Shown here one piece after another: positions 38,417 through 51,903 of a stretch of 64,000 nucleotides of DNA. Position 1 is the stretch's first letter. Every line of letters begins with the position of its first letter. The translations under genes and the position numbers were made by a program. The notes beneath the pieces are model-generated. The model did not search any database and was not told the origin of the DNA. It worked only from the letters and a program-made list of their open reading frames with translations. This DNA comes from Octopus vulgaris (Eukaryota): positions 930,001-994,000 of the forward strand of contig OX597818.1 in NCBI GenBank assembly GCA_951406725.2. The letters run 5' to 3'.

Positions 38417-40100
38417 CACTTCACCTATTTCACCATAGCAGCCCTAGCCAGAAGTCTTAAAAAGGTTTGGTGGTGGACTCACTGGATAAGCAAGTTTAGT
38501 GCTGCTGATATCTGGGCAGGAGGACAAAGGTTTGGGTCTCACAGGGCTTTATACACTGAGGGGTTGTATAGGGTGAATGCATCTAGCACTACTGTGAATA
38601 CTGTGATGCCTGCCCGGCCAGTCAGCAGTGATCTGCTGCATATATACAAGATTCATACAGATAAATCAGCTGGTGTTTGTGGCATCCATGAAGAGATGAT
38701 CAAGAAAAGTGGGTTTGTTGCAGTTTTGTTCTTGTAGCAAATCATCTGCTCAATTTGGAGCAGTGGCATCATAACCACCTGATTCAAAGAGGAGCATAAT
38801 TTATTATGGAAAGGTAGGTGACCACCTCTCACTGGAAAGCTAGAGGTGACCACCATGGCTGCAACAATTATAGGCTATTACATTCCTCTCAGTTCCCAGT
38901 AAAGCCTTTGCCAATGTTATTCTAAACAGAGTGTCAAATTATCTGCTTGCCTCTCAGTGGCTGGAACAGCCAGGGTTCATACCAAAGAAATCAGTTGCTG
39001 ACAAGATTCTGTCTCTGAGTACTCATCAAATGCAAGTGGAGTTTTCAGCAGGGGCTGCTTTTAGCTTCTGCTGACCTCCACAAGGCACTTGATTCATCAA
39101 TGGACAGGGATATGCTCTGGAAGATACTGGAATTGCAATGTATACCTCCCTAACTGATGGGGTTGATGGCAGCTTTGTATACTAAAACAGTAAGTGCAGT
39201 TCAGATTTATTCAACACTTGACCTTTTCATAGTTAGATGTGAGGCCTGTCAGGGTTGTGTTTCAGCTCCTACTTTGTTCAATGTCTACATGAACTGGATA
39301 CTTGGCCAGATGGTGGCTTGATCTAGTTGTAAAATGCATATCAGTGTAAGTAGGATTTTGCTGATGACACAGTTATTCTTGCTCAGTTTCTGTATGTCTT
39401 AAAGAATGCTCTCCTTTCATTGAGTGAGGAAGTGGAAAGATTTGGCCTTTGAGTTTCTTGGGTCAAGACAAAGATCCAGTCTTTTGTTGGCTTCCTAGAG
39501 GACTTCATCTTGTCTGTCTCTGTTGTGGGTGAGAATGTCAAAGTTGTTGATCACTTCACCTATTTCACCATAGCAGCATTAGCTGCTAGTCTGAAGTCTT
39601 AAAAAGGTTTAGTTGTGGATTCACTGGATAAGGGAGTTTAGTACTGTCGATATCTGGTCAGGAGGACAATGGTTCGGGTCTTCTGGTCTCTAGCTTTCTC
39701 TGTCTTGCTCTATAGTTGCAAGACTTGAGACACACTGTTGGGGCCCTTAGGATCCGCATGAACTCATTTAATTCTAAGACACACCCCAGGATTACAGGCT
39801 ACCATTAGTGGAGTTTCGTATCCAAACAACGACTGTACTCAGACACTGGGATGCATCTTGTTACTAGTATGATTCAGGGGCGACAGCTCAGACTGTTTGG
39901 TCATGCTGCCCGATTATCCGTGTTGGATCATGCATATCATATTCTCTTCTCTGAAAATCAGGCTGGGGTGACGGCCTATCTTTGTTGGCCACATGCCACA
40001 TAGTCTCCGTGAGCAAGGAAGTATCTAGCAGAGATCACAACTGACTGGAGCCTCATTCAGAGAGTTGCCAAGGACAACCTGTGCAACTCATGGATGCAAC
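38417..40100 (+). mobile_element. Degenerate RTE-clade LINE of another family (RT through 3' end)
   Basis: KSAGVCGIHEEMIK, CNNYR...LSVPSKAFANVILNRV, QGCVSAPTLFN, DFADD, RQLRLFGHAARL. Confidence 0.85.
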
Positions 40101-40869
40101 GATATGTATATATATTAGAAAAAATAAGGTATTCAGAAATCTGGATGGTTGTACATGTACAGATTTTTATTAATATGTCACGTTTTTATAAATCATATAT
40201 AAGCGCATGCATCTACTCTAGTAGATTCTTCAGTAGGAATCTCTGTGGTTCATAAGCAAGCTATTTACCACACCGCCACTCCTTATATAGCAAGGGAACT
40301 AACTCACCTCCACTGAGAGATAAGAAAGAATATTTGTGAGAGAAAAAAGAAAATGCAATTTCCCCCCAAACCTGTATTTCAAGGGTAATTCTTAACATGA
40401 AGATAGTTAAGAGCGGATGCAATGACTATTGCCAAAAATTCTTAAATAATTGAAAATCTACCACTTAGTCGGTGAAACCAACAAAAACGAACAGGAATGG
40501 TTAGAGACTATCAATGAATAGCAAGAAATTAAAACATTTTGTATTGTACACGCCTCTCATTTGTTGCCAGCTATTGATTTTCTACTCATAGAGTTGGTAT
40601 CTAAAAGTATTTAGCTATTGTGTGTGTGGTGGTGGTGGTAGGGGGGATAGTTGATATGAAAGTGTTAAAAAATAAAATGAGTCAAAAGCGGAATGTCCCT
40701 AAAGTAAACTTGTCTATTGTACAAAATTGTACAAGCGTCGAAAAGAAGTCCATACTGTTAAAACTATTCTATAATTTGCTCATGGTCATAAAAACATCTA
40801 TATCATTATTCTGATTGATATTATTCATTATCAATATAAACTTAGTAGATAGGATGCAATGTTTAATTA

Positions 40870-41720
40870 ACTACACGACAAAAAGAAATTACTGAGAAAA
40901 ACTATAATCTAGCTTAGAAAATATCCCGGACGATACCCGTCAATGGTCTTCGTTCCTCTTATCTGACATCATTAAGTTGTGCAAGAATTATGAGCAAGTT
41001 ATTGAACGGTTAATAATATTGGCTGTCGACATAATTATAATTGATATCGTTGAAAACGTATCTCAGAAACTAGGGTGCTAAACCTAGTAATTCCCTTTTA
41101 CCAACATAGTCATTAATTTTAAACAGTTTCATTAATTTAATGTGCTAACACTAATATATATAGTTTTCGTATAGAATTATTCTATATCTAAAAAAAAAAA
41201 TATTTTCAGTCAAACAAATCGTGACTGAAAAATCCTGCTTCAGCCAGTAGAGTGAGCACTATGTGGTGTAAGTTATAAGTAATATAATAACTTTAGCATA
41301 AGTTATATTATTACAGACGAAGCATGAATAAGTTTTATGATCCTGGGTGGTTAAACACATAAACATTTCAGTTTCAATTCGAGTACGTAAAAAAATAAAG
41401 ACGAAGCAAGGTATTATACAGGAATTAAGTATATTTCTCTGTTTACGTTTAGGTTTTTAATTTTCTACGCAATATAAAAATGGAACAATCAAAATACAGT
41501 TTTCCCGACGTTGTAATGTATAATTCCTGTATGCTCAAAGATTCTAGTATTAAAACAAATCGTTGTCTACATACCGTTTTCAGAAATCAATGCCCGACAT
41601 AAGCTGCAACTTCGTCATTACTTGTCGACATTAATAGTTATTTCCCTTTATACTATTTATTTCGCCAGTTATCCGCTAGGCGAAAAGAGAACTAGGAAAT
41701 TTTTTATTGATCACGTAAAA
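40870..41720 (-). promoter_or_regulatory. CpG-enriched, TE-free candidate promoter/first non-coding exon of the ZNF gene (donor at 41575|41574)
   Basis: Visibly more CpG than the flanks. Minus-strand gaaaacg|gtatgt donor. AAGGGAAATAACT-like motif at 41636-41648. Confidence 0.45.
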
Positions 41721-43364
41721 TTATACAACTTTGAATATAAAGGTCATCTCACATACTTCATATTACAACATTGGTATGTATTAAAAATATATTGAATTAT
41801 TATTAGATAGTTTACTTTAATCAGAATGTATCTACAACTAGATCATCTAAAGCGTAAAAGACTGTGATTTGTGTGATATTTGGTTACTAATTTTGCAGGT
41901 CGACTAGCTTGTTACCTTGTTGCAGGATTTAATGATTTCTGTACAAGATTTAAACTTGGCATTTGACTTTTGGCAGTTACAAACGAATTAAAAATGAAAT
42001 TCCTACTTGTCAATGTTTTTCTATCTTCCTAGTAAATAATTTGTTTTAATGTGCAAGTTAGAATTTGCCTGAATAAATCTATTTTACTTGCTGGTACTTC
42101 TTAAATACATTCTTCTGGTGTCAGAGTCTACAAATTCTGCTGCATAATTTGAAACCAGAATTATTTCATATCAAGAAAATTTTCAATAAATAGCTACTGG
42201 ATCTTCTAAAGTCAATGATGGCACCATGAAAAACTAACCAATGATGTCGAGCAGCTACCCATCAAATTTACTGACTGACATCAAGCTAACTCATCTAGAA
42301 GTAGACAGACAAGGTCTGAAAGCAAAACAAAAGAAAAGGCAATCAAGCATTATGTTAGCCACTATTTAGTAATCAGCCGTTGCACTCGACAATTTGACTT
42401 GTGAACATGAGGTTCGGTAAGACCTCTTACCTGAGCAGTAACTCAAAAATTAACCTGTGACAGTTGACACTTGCATTCCCACTCTCTCAGGACCACATAA
42501 CTAAAGAACCAGTCCATTGAAAACAATGACTACTCTTCTCATTTATCTGACTTTCAACTTTCTATTCATCATAATAAATTGGGATCTAGTCATCCTAATA
42601 CCAACCACTTTACTGAGTGCACTGGGTGCTTTTTTCACACTACTGGCACTTTTGAGGTTACCAAATAGCTCACAAGAATATGACAGAGGAATAGGAACAA
42701 GTAAATGCCTTCCTGTAGAGAAGATACATAGCTACCCCATGTATCCTACTGTGGAATAGGAGAGATGAGGTGTTAGGACATAGCCTCAATGTACAAGAGG
42801 GTGAAAGTGAGAGGGAGGAAGATAGAGGAAAACGGTAAGAGGGAAGAGGATCAGGTAAGTTCACCAAAGTGTGAGGTGAATGGCAAATTGTTAGAGGTAC
42901 AAAATATAGAAGTATAGGTAATACTGTAAATGTCAAACAGCAGAGGGTCATGGTTATTAGTGAATATTAGTTTGGTGATGAGTGAAATAAATAGGAGTGG
43001 ATCAGGGAGAAGGTGATAAGTGACAGTACAGGAAGGAGATAGAGAGCAGCTTGAAGAGTAGGGCAAAGGGAGGGTTACTCAGGAACAAGGGCAGAGATCT
43101 GAAGTATGTAGGAGTGACAAATAGAGGTGGGGTGGGGGAATGATGGCTGATATGAGATGGTGTTCAATGGTTGTATGGGATGATATTGAGAATATGAAGT
43201 GGGTGACATGGGGAGGTAGATCCAGGGAGAGGGGAAAGTGGCAGCACAAAAGTGTTGGTGCAAAATATGTGCACCTCTACTTGTATTATTTATATTGTCT
43301 TCACCAAGAAGGTAATCATACCACATTTTTATGAAAACCATAGGTAATCTTATAGGGTCATAAA

Positions 43365-43635
43365 AGCCATGTACAGAGATGCTTTCAATAAAGTGAGAGT
43401 TGAAAATAAATACAGTGATGAGTTTAGAGTGCAAGTAGCAGATCATAGTTCCCTCTTATTCATCGTAGACTTCTAGGCTGTAACAGAGGAGTTTTAGATT
43501 GGTTGCCCTTGTGTGGAAGGAAAACCTACAATCAAAAGACATCAAAGTTAACTTAGTAAAGACTTAACTCTTAGTCAGTAGGAAAACATACAGATTTCTG
43601 CTTTCATCAGGGAAATGGCCTTGCTTAATATGTTC
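43365..43635 (+). mobile_element. Short, deleted fragment of the PHD-RTE family
   Basis: AMYRDAFNKVRVENKYSDEFRVQV...VNLVKT...GKWPCLIC. Confidence 0.75.
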
Positions 43636-43749
43636 CCGATCACTTCTGCTTCCCTTGTATCAAGGTGTCCACCCTGACACCTCATCACATCCTTTTATTA
43701 TACGTGAGACAAAGCCCAAAAATGCTTGCATGTAAGTAAAAGCTGACTT

Positions 43750-44678
43750 TAAGAATATATTCACCCACTACCTTGGGTGAATGATAGAGATATAGCTTTC
43801 AATTCAGTTGAAAACTGATTTAGTGATGAAGCCTAGAAGGGCTTTTAAGTGACTAAAATTTGACATTGAGAATAACCTTGAGGGGCTGAGTGAGTTGGTA
43901 TTTTATAAAAAATAAAGGAATTCTCAAATGGAGAGGTGCTTTGAAAACAGCAAAAAAGATCAGCAAAATACCCTTAGAAAAAAAAAGAAAAATTGGAAAG
44001 CAAACCACCTGTTAAGCAAACCCCAGTTAAGCACCCTGTACCATCGAGCCAGACTACATTTGACATAAGAAATCATATCTTAAAATGAAAAGAAAATTTT
44101 AATTTGTTAAAATGATCATGGTTTTTCTGTCAATTAAACCCACATCAGTGCTTTTGTATCTGATATTTTTTGAAGAGGTTTTAACCATAATATTCATCTC
44201 ATAGAGCTCTTTCATTTGAACACAACTGTTGTATAGTTTTCTTCAATATTAGCTGTGACATTTTCATTCAAAATTAATTTTGGGGTTACTTACCATTTTT
44301 TTCATCACTTTAAGCCAAACAAATTTTTCATTGCGAATGCATTTTTCTTCCAAGCTAATACTTTTTAATAAGGTTTTCACCACAAGCTACATTTCAATGA
44401 GCACAATCTTATGAACACAATAAACTGATTTTTTTCTTTTTTGATTCAAACTCAATTTTTTTTTTTTAATGAACCAAATTTCAATTATCTAAAAGTTGAG
44501 CATAAGAATATATTCACCCACTGCCATGGGTGAATGAGAATGATATAGTGTTCAAACTTGTTGAGAACTGAATTAGCGAGGAAACCTAGAAGAGCTTGTG
44601 AGTGACTAGAATTTGACATTAGGAATAACTTTGAAGGGCAGGGTGAGTTGGTATTTTACAAAAAATAAGGGAAATCTC
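43750..44678. repeat. Diverged ~180-bp direct repeats (43750-43925, 44503-44678)
   Basis: Both start taagaatatattcacccact.cc.tgggtgaatga and end gtgagttggtatttta.aaaaa. Confidence 0.75.
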
Positions 44679-44798
44679 TCTACCAGCTGCTTTGGCACAG
44701 TTTTTACAGCTGGAGCAGACAGTGGAGTTTGGTGCAGACATCATGCTTACCAGCTTCTGTGAAACTGTCCAACCAATGTTAGCATGGAAGATAGATGT

Positions 44799-44835
<37 letters not shown>

Positions 44836-45429
44836 TGACAACGTTTTATGAAAACCATAGGTAATCTTATAGGGTCATAAAAGCCATGTACAGAGATGCT
44901 TTCAATAAAGTGAAAGTCTTCCTCCCACTCAGGCTTCTATTTACATATTCATATTCTTTACATCTTATAATTTGATGATGCCATCTTTCTTTGCAAGTTT
45001 TTCAGATGCTTGTAAACAAAACTTGCATCCAAAGTCTACCACCTAAGCATTAGAATGGCTTGTATTACATTATGTTAATTTGCATAACAAATGTATAGTC
45101 AGGGCTAAACTCATAAAGCCATCTGTGACAATCTCACTCTTACCTTTTCACACCCAAATGTTTAACCTTCATACTTACAGGCTCACTTTTCTTGATATTT
45201 TTCTGTAACCTGACGCTAAATCACTTTAATCCATCTGTCTCTTGCCATTCATACCATCAACACTAAAGAACAATGTCTCACTCAGATCTAACATTACTAT
45301 TTAGAATTGTTTCTGCAAGTAATTTTCTGTATTGAGGGTGGTAGTTTTCTACATGAAGTAAAATTATATAAATTATTGAGTTAATAAATGATGGCAATAT
45401 TATTCTAAGCAGATTTTTTTTTGGTGGGG

Positions 45430-45799
45430 AAGCACTCTGTCGGTTACGACGATGAGGGTTCCGGTTGATCCGACCAACGGAACAGCCTGCTCGTGAAATT
45501 AACGTGTAAGTGGCTGAGCACTTCACAGACACGTGTACCCTTAACGTAGTTCTCGGGGATATTCAGCGTGACATAGAGAGTGACAAGGCCGGCCCTTTGA
45601 AATACAGGTACAACAGAAACAGGAATAAAGAGTGAGAGAAAGTTGTGGTGAAAGAGTACAGCAGGGATCACCACCATCCCCTGCCGGAGCCTCATGGAGC
45701 TTTAGGTGTTTTCGCTCAATAAACACTCACAACGCCCGGTCTGGGAATCTAAACCGCGATTCTACGACCGCGAGTCCGCTGCCCTAACCACTGGGCCAT
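45430..45799 (-). mobile_element. Young CpG-rich tRNA-derived SINE (family B variant)
   Basis: Minus-strand head tggcccagtggttaggg (A box) ... ggtttagattcc (B box); 3' half shared with 26359-26678. Confidence 0.9.
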
Positions 45800-46137
45800 A
45801 AGCAGATAGTGCCACATTGACCATTGTGAAAAGAAAAATGTGACAAGTAGTGAAAGTTAAAGAATGGAAGGAACATCAAATAAATTTTCCCATTTGCTGT
45901 AGCTTTTTCATGAGTGTAGCATATTTTGAAAAAAGTGTTGGAAATATCCACATACAAATAACATCCCTTTATATACCTATATGCATCTACTTGGTTACAG
46001 CTTAAAAGAGAAGCAGGTAAGAAAGAGTAAAATATTTAAATAGGTGGGAAATTGTTTTAAATCATTACAATTTCATATTTGAATTTGTTTGAAATGTTGT
46101 TTCCCCTTCATGTAAAGTAAAAAAGAAAAGCTATATA

Positions 46138-46340
46138 TCATCACTGCCATTTAACATCCATTTTCCATGCTGCCATGGGTTGGATAGTTCAACAGGAGCT
46201 GGTGAACTAGACTGTGTCAAGCTCCAATGTCTGTATTGGCATGGTTTGTATGGTTGGATGCTTTTCCTAATGCCAACTACTTCACAGGATAGATTTGCTG
46301 CTTTTGATATGGCACTGGTATTGGTGAGATACCAAGTAAG
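46138..46340 (-). mobile_element. Old RTE tail/SINE-like copy
   Basis: tttaacatccattttccatgctgccatgggttggatag...ggatgcttttcctaatgccaac. Confidence 0.75.
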
Positions 46341-49339
46341 TTGCAAGACAAGACTCCTCAACTGAAGTGGAGTGCAATATTGAGAATATTATGCCAGGTG
46401 ATGAAAGGTTAAAGGATAATAGAAGGACAGGAACAGGTGTTTTGCTGTAGGTGTATGTGGGTGTGTGTGTGCATGGTTACCCCTGTTGAAAAAGAGATAT
46501 GTTAAAGATGTGTCAGGGTGTTCCTTCAAGTTACAGGAAGGTGGATATAAGAGAAATGATACAAGGAGTTGGATAGGGTAGGTAGGTAGATAAGGGGGAA
46601 TGTGGTAAGTGACAAACATGGATGGATGCACAGTCAGTCATGAAAATCAGTTGGAAGTTAATCTAGAGCAAGTGGGAAAGGGTCAGAAGTAATCGGTGGT
46701 AGTGTAGATGATATGAAGTGTGGGGTGTGTTGCGAGAGAGAGAGATGCACAGTGTCAAGGACTCAGTGTTTCTTGACACTAACCCTTTCCTGTTTTCAAG
46801 TAAAGGATCTTTTATTCCACACTGCTTTTAAAGTATAAAGTAAATGGACAAGTTACTGACAGAAGTGCCAACAACACTGCTCAAACATCTTGACTTTTAA
46901 CTAAGCAAGTGCAGATATTCACGTCTTTGGTTGTCACTTGCCCAAGGTACTGTGCAGTGGGATTGAACCTGAAACCATATGATTGGTAAGTCAGCATCTG
47001 AACCATGCCACCATATTTGTACCTACATCTCCCCCATTTAACTTGTTTTGGATGGGGAATTAGTTACCACTAACTGACACATAGTATTGGATAGTCTGCA
47101 GAAAAAGGAACATAACTCAACCCACTGAAACGATTTTTGTTTGTAAAAACTTTGTTGTTTTTATAGTTTAAACTAGAAATTATTTAACAAGTATGTTTAT
47201 GACACATTTTCATTCCTTAAACATAAACACAAAATCACTCTTAACAAAATCCAGCAAGAGTCAATGAAACAAGCTCTACATGGTTAATTGACCTGCTAGA
47301 CAGTAGCGAAATCAGCTGCTTAAGAAACAGAGTAAAGCCAGTTTTAATTGCCATCACAGAAACATGAGGTAGGACAAGTTTTGGGGGGATCAGCATCAAC
47401 CTCCAAAATGTTAATGTTTGATGGAATGCGAGGTGGCAACAACAAAATTTAGATGATGACCACGTTTTTTATTGTAACCTTTTATGCATTTAGTAAATGA
47501 TGAGGAATACATATTACCTTATTATATGCATTCATATAACAAGGTTATATGAATACATATCTTGTATGAATGCATACCTTATCACCAATTAATACTCAAT
47601 GGGACATGGGGTGGCTAAAGCTAAATTTATATGATAACCATACATTTTTTCTCTAGGTTTACATCAATTATAATTTTAGCATTGCTAAAGCTTCTGTCAA
47701 CTGAAAAATCTCTACAATGTAGATCTATTTTGAATAAGATTGTCTTGATATGTATATCACTTCATCTAATATTTATCATTATTAGGTTGATTCTTTATAA
47801 TTTTTTATCTAATTTATTAGCCAATTATAATAATCACATTGAGGACATGTGAACCTGTGTAGTGCTGGAGCCATAATAAAATGCATCCATTTTGTGGTTG
47901 GTAGTAAGGAAGGACATCCAGGTTTAGAGATTATGCCAAAAATGAAAAGTATGAGTGAGACCTGGTCCTTTGACCTGTCTTAGAGGGCAGTAACTTTGAG
48001 TAAGAACTTACTCAGATTGTGATGACCCATCCAACCTATACAAGCTTGGATAAAGTGTTGCAGTGCTTTTGGATTGTCCAGAATAAACTGTGACAATTCA
48101 TCCTGGATATAATTTCTTTAAAAAAGTGGCCCAAGAAACTTCTGTTTTTATTTCTTCTTCTTCTTCAGTGACACAACATCTTGATGGTCCATTTGCAGAA
48201 GAAAGTAGTCTTTAGAAGAGATGAGACTTTACTTTTCATCCTCAAGAATTTCCTTCTCACTCATTACCCTGCAGCTCTTTTCTTTTTTGTTTTGTGCTAC
48301 ATTTTTATGGTCTTCTGAGATCTCATTATCATGGCATGAAAATATAACAGTATAAAAGTGAAAATATCAATGTGAAAGCAGTCTGTATATATTTCTTTAC
48401 AGGTCTTTTTTTCTACACTAGCAATATCTTATTGCAGAATTCGGATACAGTTGGGTGCTATTCCTGTTGCTAATATCTGTTTTTGAAGATATTTGTGTAT
48501 ATGTATTTGTGTGTGAAGATATTTTTTTAAAAATATGCATGTCTACATGGAAGCTGAAGCAGATACATGGATATACATGCATTGAGAGGTATATAAATAC
48601 ATAAAAATTAATACTTTAAACAAATATATAAAGAAAAAACAGAGATGACAGTAAAAATGCTAAGATAGTGACGTTGAAAGTAGGTAAATAGAAAGTCACA
48701 GTTAGAGGATAGCAGTCTTGTAAAATTATATAGATCTAAACCAACATTATATTGGGTTTGTGTGTCTGTCTTTTGACATACATTCACATGTTTATCCCAT
48801 ATCAGCTAAAGGTTTGAAGTTAGCTTCACTGCTTCAATCTAAAACAGGAAAAAAGCTCCATGAATGCAGATGTCATTAAATAGAATCTTTGAAAACCTCC
48901 AACTTAATGACAAGATTATTTGTTTGGTTGTTTAGTTAAAAAGAAAAAAGGGGTATTACAAGCTGATAACATTTTACGGGTTTGTAATATGTCATAATTT
49001 TAATATATTACAACAAATTCTGCAGATGTTTCTCAGTCCCAGCAGATAAAAGAGCAAGAGAAATGTGGCTGAAAAGAGTTTTCTTTGGTGCCAGACAGGA
49101 ACCCTGACAGATAAGGTACCACATTTGAAACCACCATTTTCTCTCATGTTTTTCTCAGCCAACCTCCTCCTTATACATTACATTCCTGTACTTGTACAAC
49201 CTTCTCTGTTGCTCATTACATCTAATTATTCTTATATTCAGTTTTTCTCTCATCTCATTTGCACTGTATAACATTACACATCCAGCAAAGTATTTTCATT
49301 TCATTTATTTCAAGACATCACAAATTTTCTGCATTCAAA

Positions 49340-50200
49340 GCTTACATCTTGCCAGCATGCAGCTTCACACTTTGTATACAAGAATCATACAATATACTTC
49401 TTGTTCTGAGAGAGAAGACCTTTGTTGTCAGTTGAAGTGGTAGTTTCCTGAACTTTTTACAACCTGTTCTTACTTTACCTACTGCACTTTCAGAGCATCC
49501 ACCCCTTCTGTTAATTAAGTCTTCTTGTTAGCAAAAGTTCTCAACTACTTCCAAGCATTTGACAGGGGTGTTTGCGCATATATTTTTGCTACTAACTACT
49601 CCTATACCCTACCATATGTATCTATCTCTTTTGTCAGTCTGCCTGTGATCTCATTCCTCTTCTTGTGTGCCTGAATTTCTACATATATTTTCCATGTACT
49701 AAGCACAACCATTTCTTTGGTGGTTGCAGGGTTTTACATTTCCTACTTGAAACTTTTTATCTTTGCTAAATTTAATGGAAGGCATTTTGATTCCAGGTTT
49801 TGCTGTAGAGTCTGGAATTTCTTCTCTAAATCTCTTACAAATTTGACTGTAAGAACCAGTTCATTAGTATATAGGAGTTGTCCTGAATAGCTAATATGAA
49901 ACTCCTGTTATGGCCTATAATCCTATAATAAATGAAAGAGGGCTTAGGACAGACCCCAATCTATATGCTAAAGTTATTACTAAAGTTAATGCTGACTGCA
50001 CCTCTGTAATGTACCTTCATCTCCATTTAGCTTGCTTAGTGACCATCAGATTAAAGTATTGGACACTATCAAAGACTATCTCCAGATTGACAAATGCTGA
50101 TTGTAGTTTACTCTTAGTTAAGTACTTCTGCAGTTGTCTCACTTGAAAGATGGCATTGACAGTACTTCTACTCATGAAACTGAACTGCTCCACATTCTTG
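49340..50200 (-). mobile_element. Very degenerate PHD-RTE copy
   Basis: Reverse complement of RQLQKYLTKSK, SAFVNLEIVFDSV, VLSPLSFII, QLLYTNE and NLAKIK remnants. Confidence 0.7.
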
Positions 50201-50654
50201 CAACTTACCTTACTGCATTATCCCTCTCTCTCCCTCATCTCATATGTATCATTAGTCATCATCCAACCACTTATTTACCATTCACTACATCTGCCTTTCA
50301 ACCTCACCCAGTCTCCACAATTGTCATCTAGTTTTCTCTCCATTCGTCCAACTCTTGTTCATCATTCATCTTATTCATCCTGTCACCTATTCCTTATCTC
50401 TAACCACCTCTCATTCTCCCATACACTCTGGCAATCACTATCCAGCTACACCCTCTGTTCTGTTCCCACTCACTTCTACTCATATTTTTCTCTGGTACCC
50501 ACTCTTCTAAAATGTGAGTTGCCATGTAGCTTCTCCACTGTAAGAAACTGAGTTCTAACCCTTTCTTTAATATTTTAACCCCACATGTCCTAACATAAAG
50601 TTGCTTCCCTCTTTACTGTAGTCCTACTCAGTCAGTCAAAAGAAACTAGTGCTA

Positions 50655-51510
50655 GTGCCACAAAAGTCCTTCTCCAAGAGCTAAAATGTCTTCAGCAAAT
50701 GCTGCAGACGTGCTATCACCAAGCAAGTGTGCCTGCATGTTTGTGCTTAGGCTTAAGGTCTTAATCTGGGGCCACAACGTGGATAACTTAAGGCATGTGC
50801 ACACTTCATCAGCCCTGCTCCCTTTAGGGATGACAGGAAGGGTTTGCTGGAAATCTCCTGAAAGCAATAGAGTTACACCACCCATAGAAGCTGTAGAATC
50901 CCTGGTACCTTTCAGTGACCGGTCCAGTGCTTCATGGGCACCCTTATTGGTCATTATGCATTCGTCCCATACAATGAGATGGCACTGTCTAAGAACTTCA
51001 GCTTCCTCTGAATTTTTGCCAATGCTGCAAGTAGGAACCTCAGCCCTCACCAAATCTAAAGGCAGCTTGAATACCGAATGCGCCGTCCTACCTCCTGGTA
51101 ATAACATAGCAGTTGATTCCAGAGGAAGCAACGGCTAGCACAATTTGTTTCTCGCAACAAATCTTATTAAGTGTTAATTGTGTTACAAAGATTTACTGGT
51201 ACTTCCAGGAGCATCGAGGAAAAAAATGCCGCCCGCCTGTTTTTCAATGACACTGACGATAGTTTCATACACCAGCCTCTGATCAGGGAGCAATTTCAGT
51301 TTATTTACTCTCAGTTACTCCACAAAGCTATCAGCGTCATATGATAACTCCATAAGTAACTTTGGTGGGAGCATGTTAACATCTTGTCGCAATGAGGATG
51401 GCAAATCGAATGTGTTCAACACTGCCCCACCCATTTTGAGCAAGGCATCCTCGATGTCAATCAACGCATTATTGTAGCTCAGGTCATTGTATCCAATGTC
51501 AGCATTAAGA
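50655..51510 (-). pseudogene. Helitron Rep/Hel PIF1-family helicase fragment
   Basis: DQRLVYETI, FFLDAPG, LAVASSGI, LLPGGRTAHSVFKLP, LIVWDEC, GGVTLLLSGDFQQTLPVIP, LSTNM; frameshifted. Confidence 0.93.
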
Positions 51511-51903
51511 CACTTGGCTTTGCCAGTCATCATTTGCTTGACCACCAAGAAAGCAAAATTATGTACAGAGAATTTCATAAACAGAAATGGAAAAAAGGTT
51601 GGTAAATTTTTAGATTAACACTTGCACGATTTCAACTACCCTGGTCTCCTAATATGCTACAAAACCCTTTTGTGGTCTCAAAACCAGGGTGGGGTGGGGT
51701 GGAATCCTCAGAAATTTTGCTCCCTACACCTATTGATCTTTTCACCATCTATTTTTCAATGTACATGGACAAATACGGAGATTAAGAATATGGAAAACAT
51801 TTTTTTTTAATCTCAAATTTACCATTAAGAACTCCAGGCAAATTTTTAGATAACACTCGCAAATTGGATTTTTTGCCTGAAATCAACTACCCTAGCTTCT
51901 TAA

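Noticed and set aside
45730-45799. tRNA gene (also 26360-26430 and 36265-36345)
   Set aside because: The A/B boxes continue into SINE bodies; no complete cloverleaf.
50652-51131. Host PIF1 helicase gene
   Set aside because: Frameshifted, truncated, intronless, with Helitron-type motifs and Helitron termini nearby.
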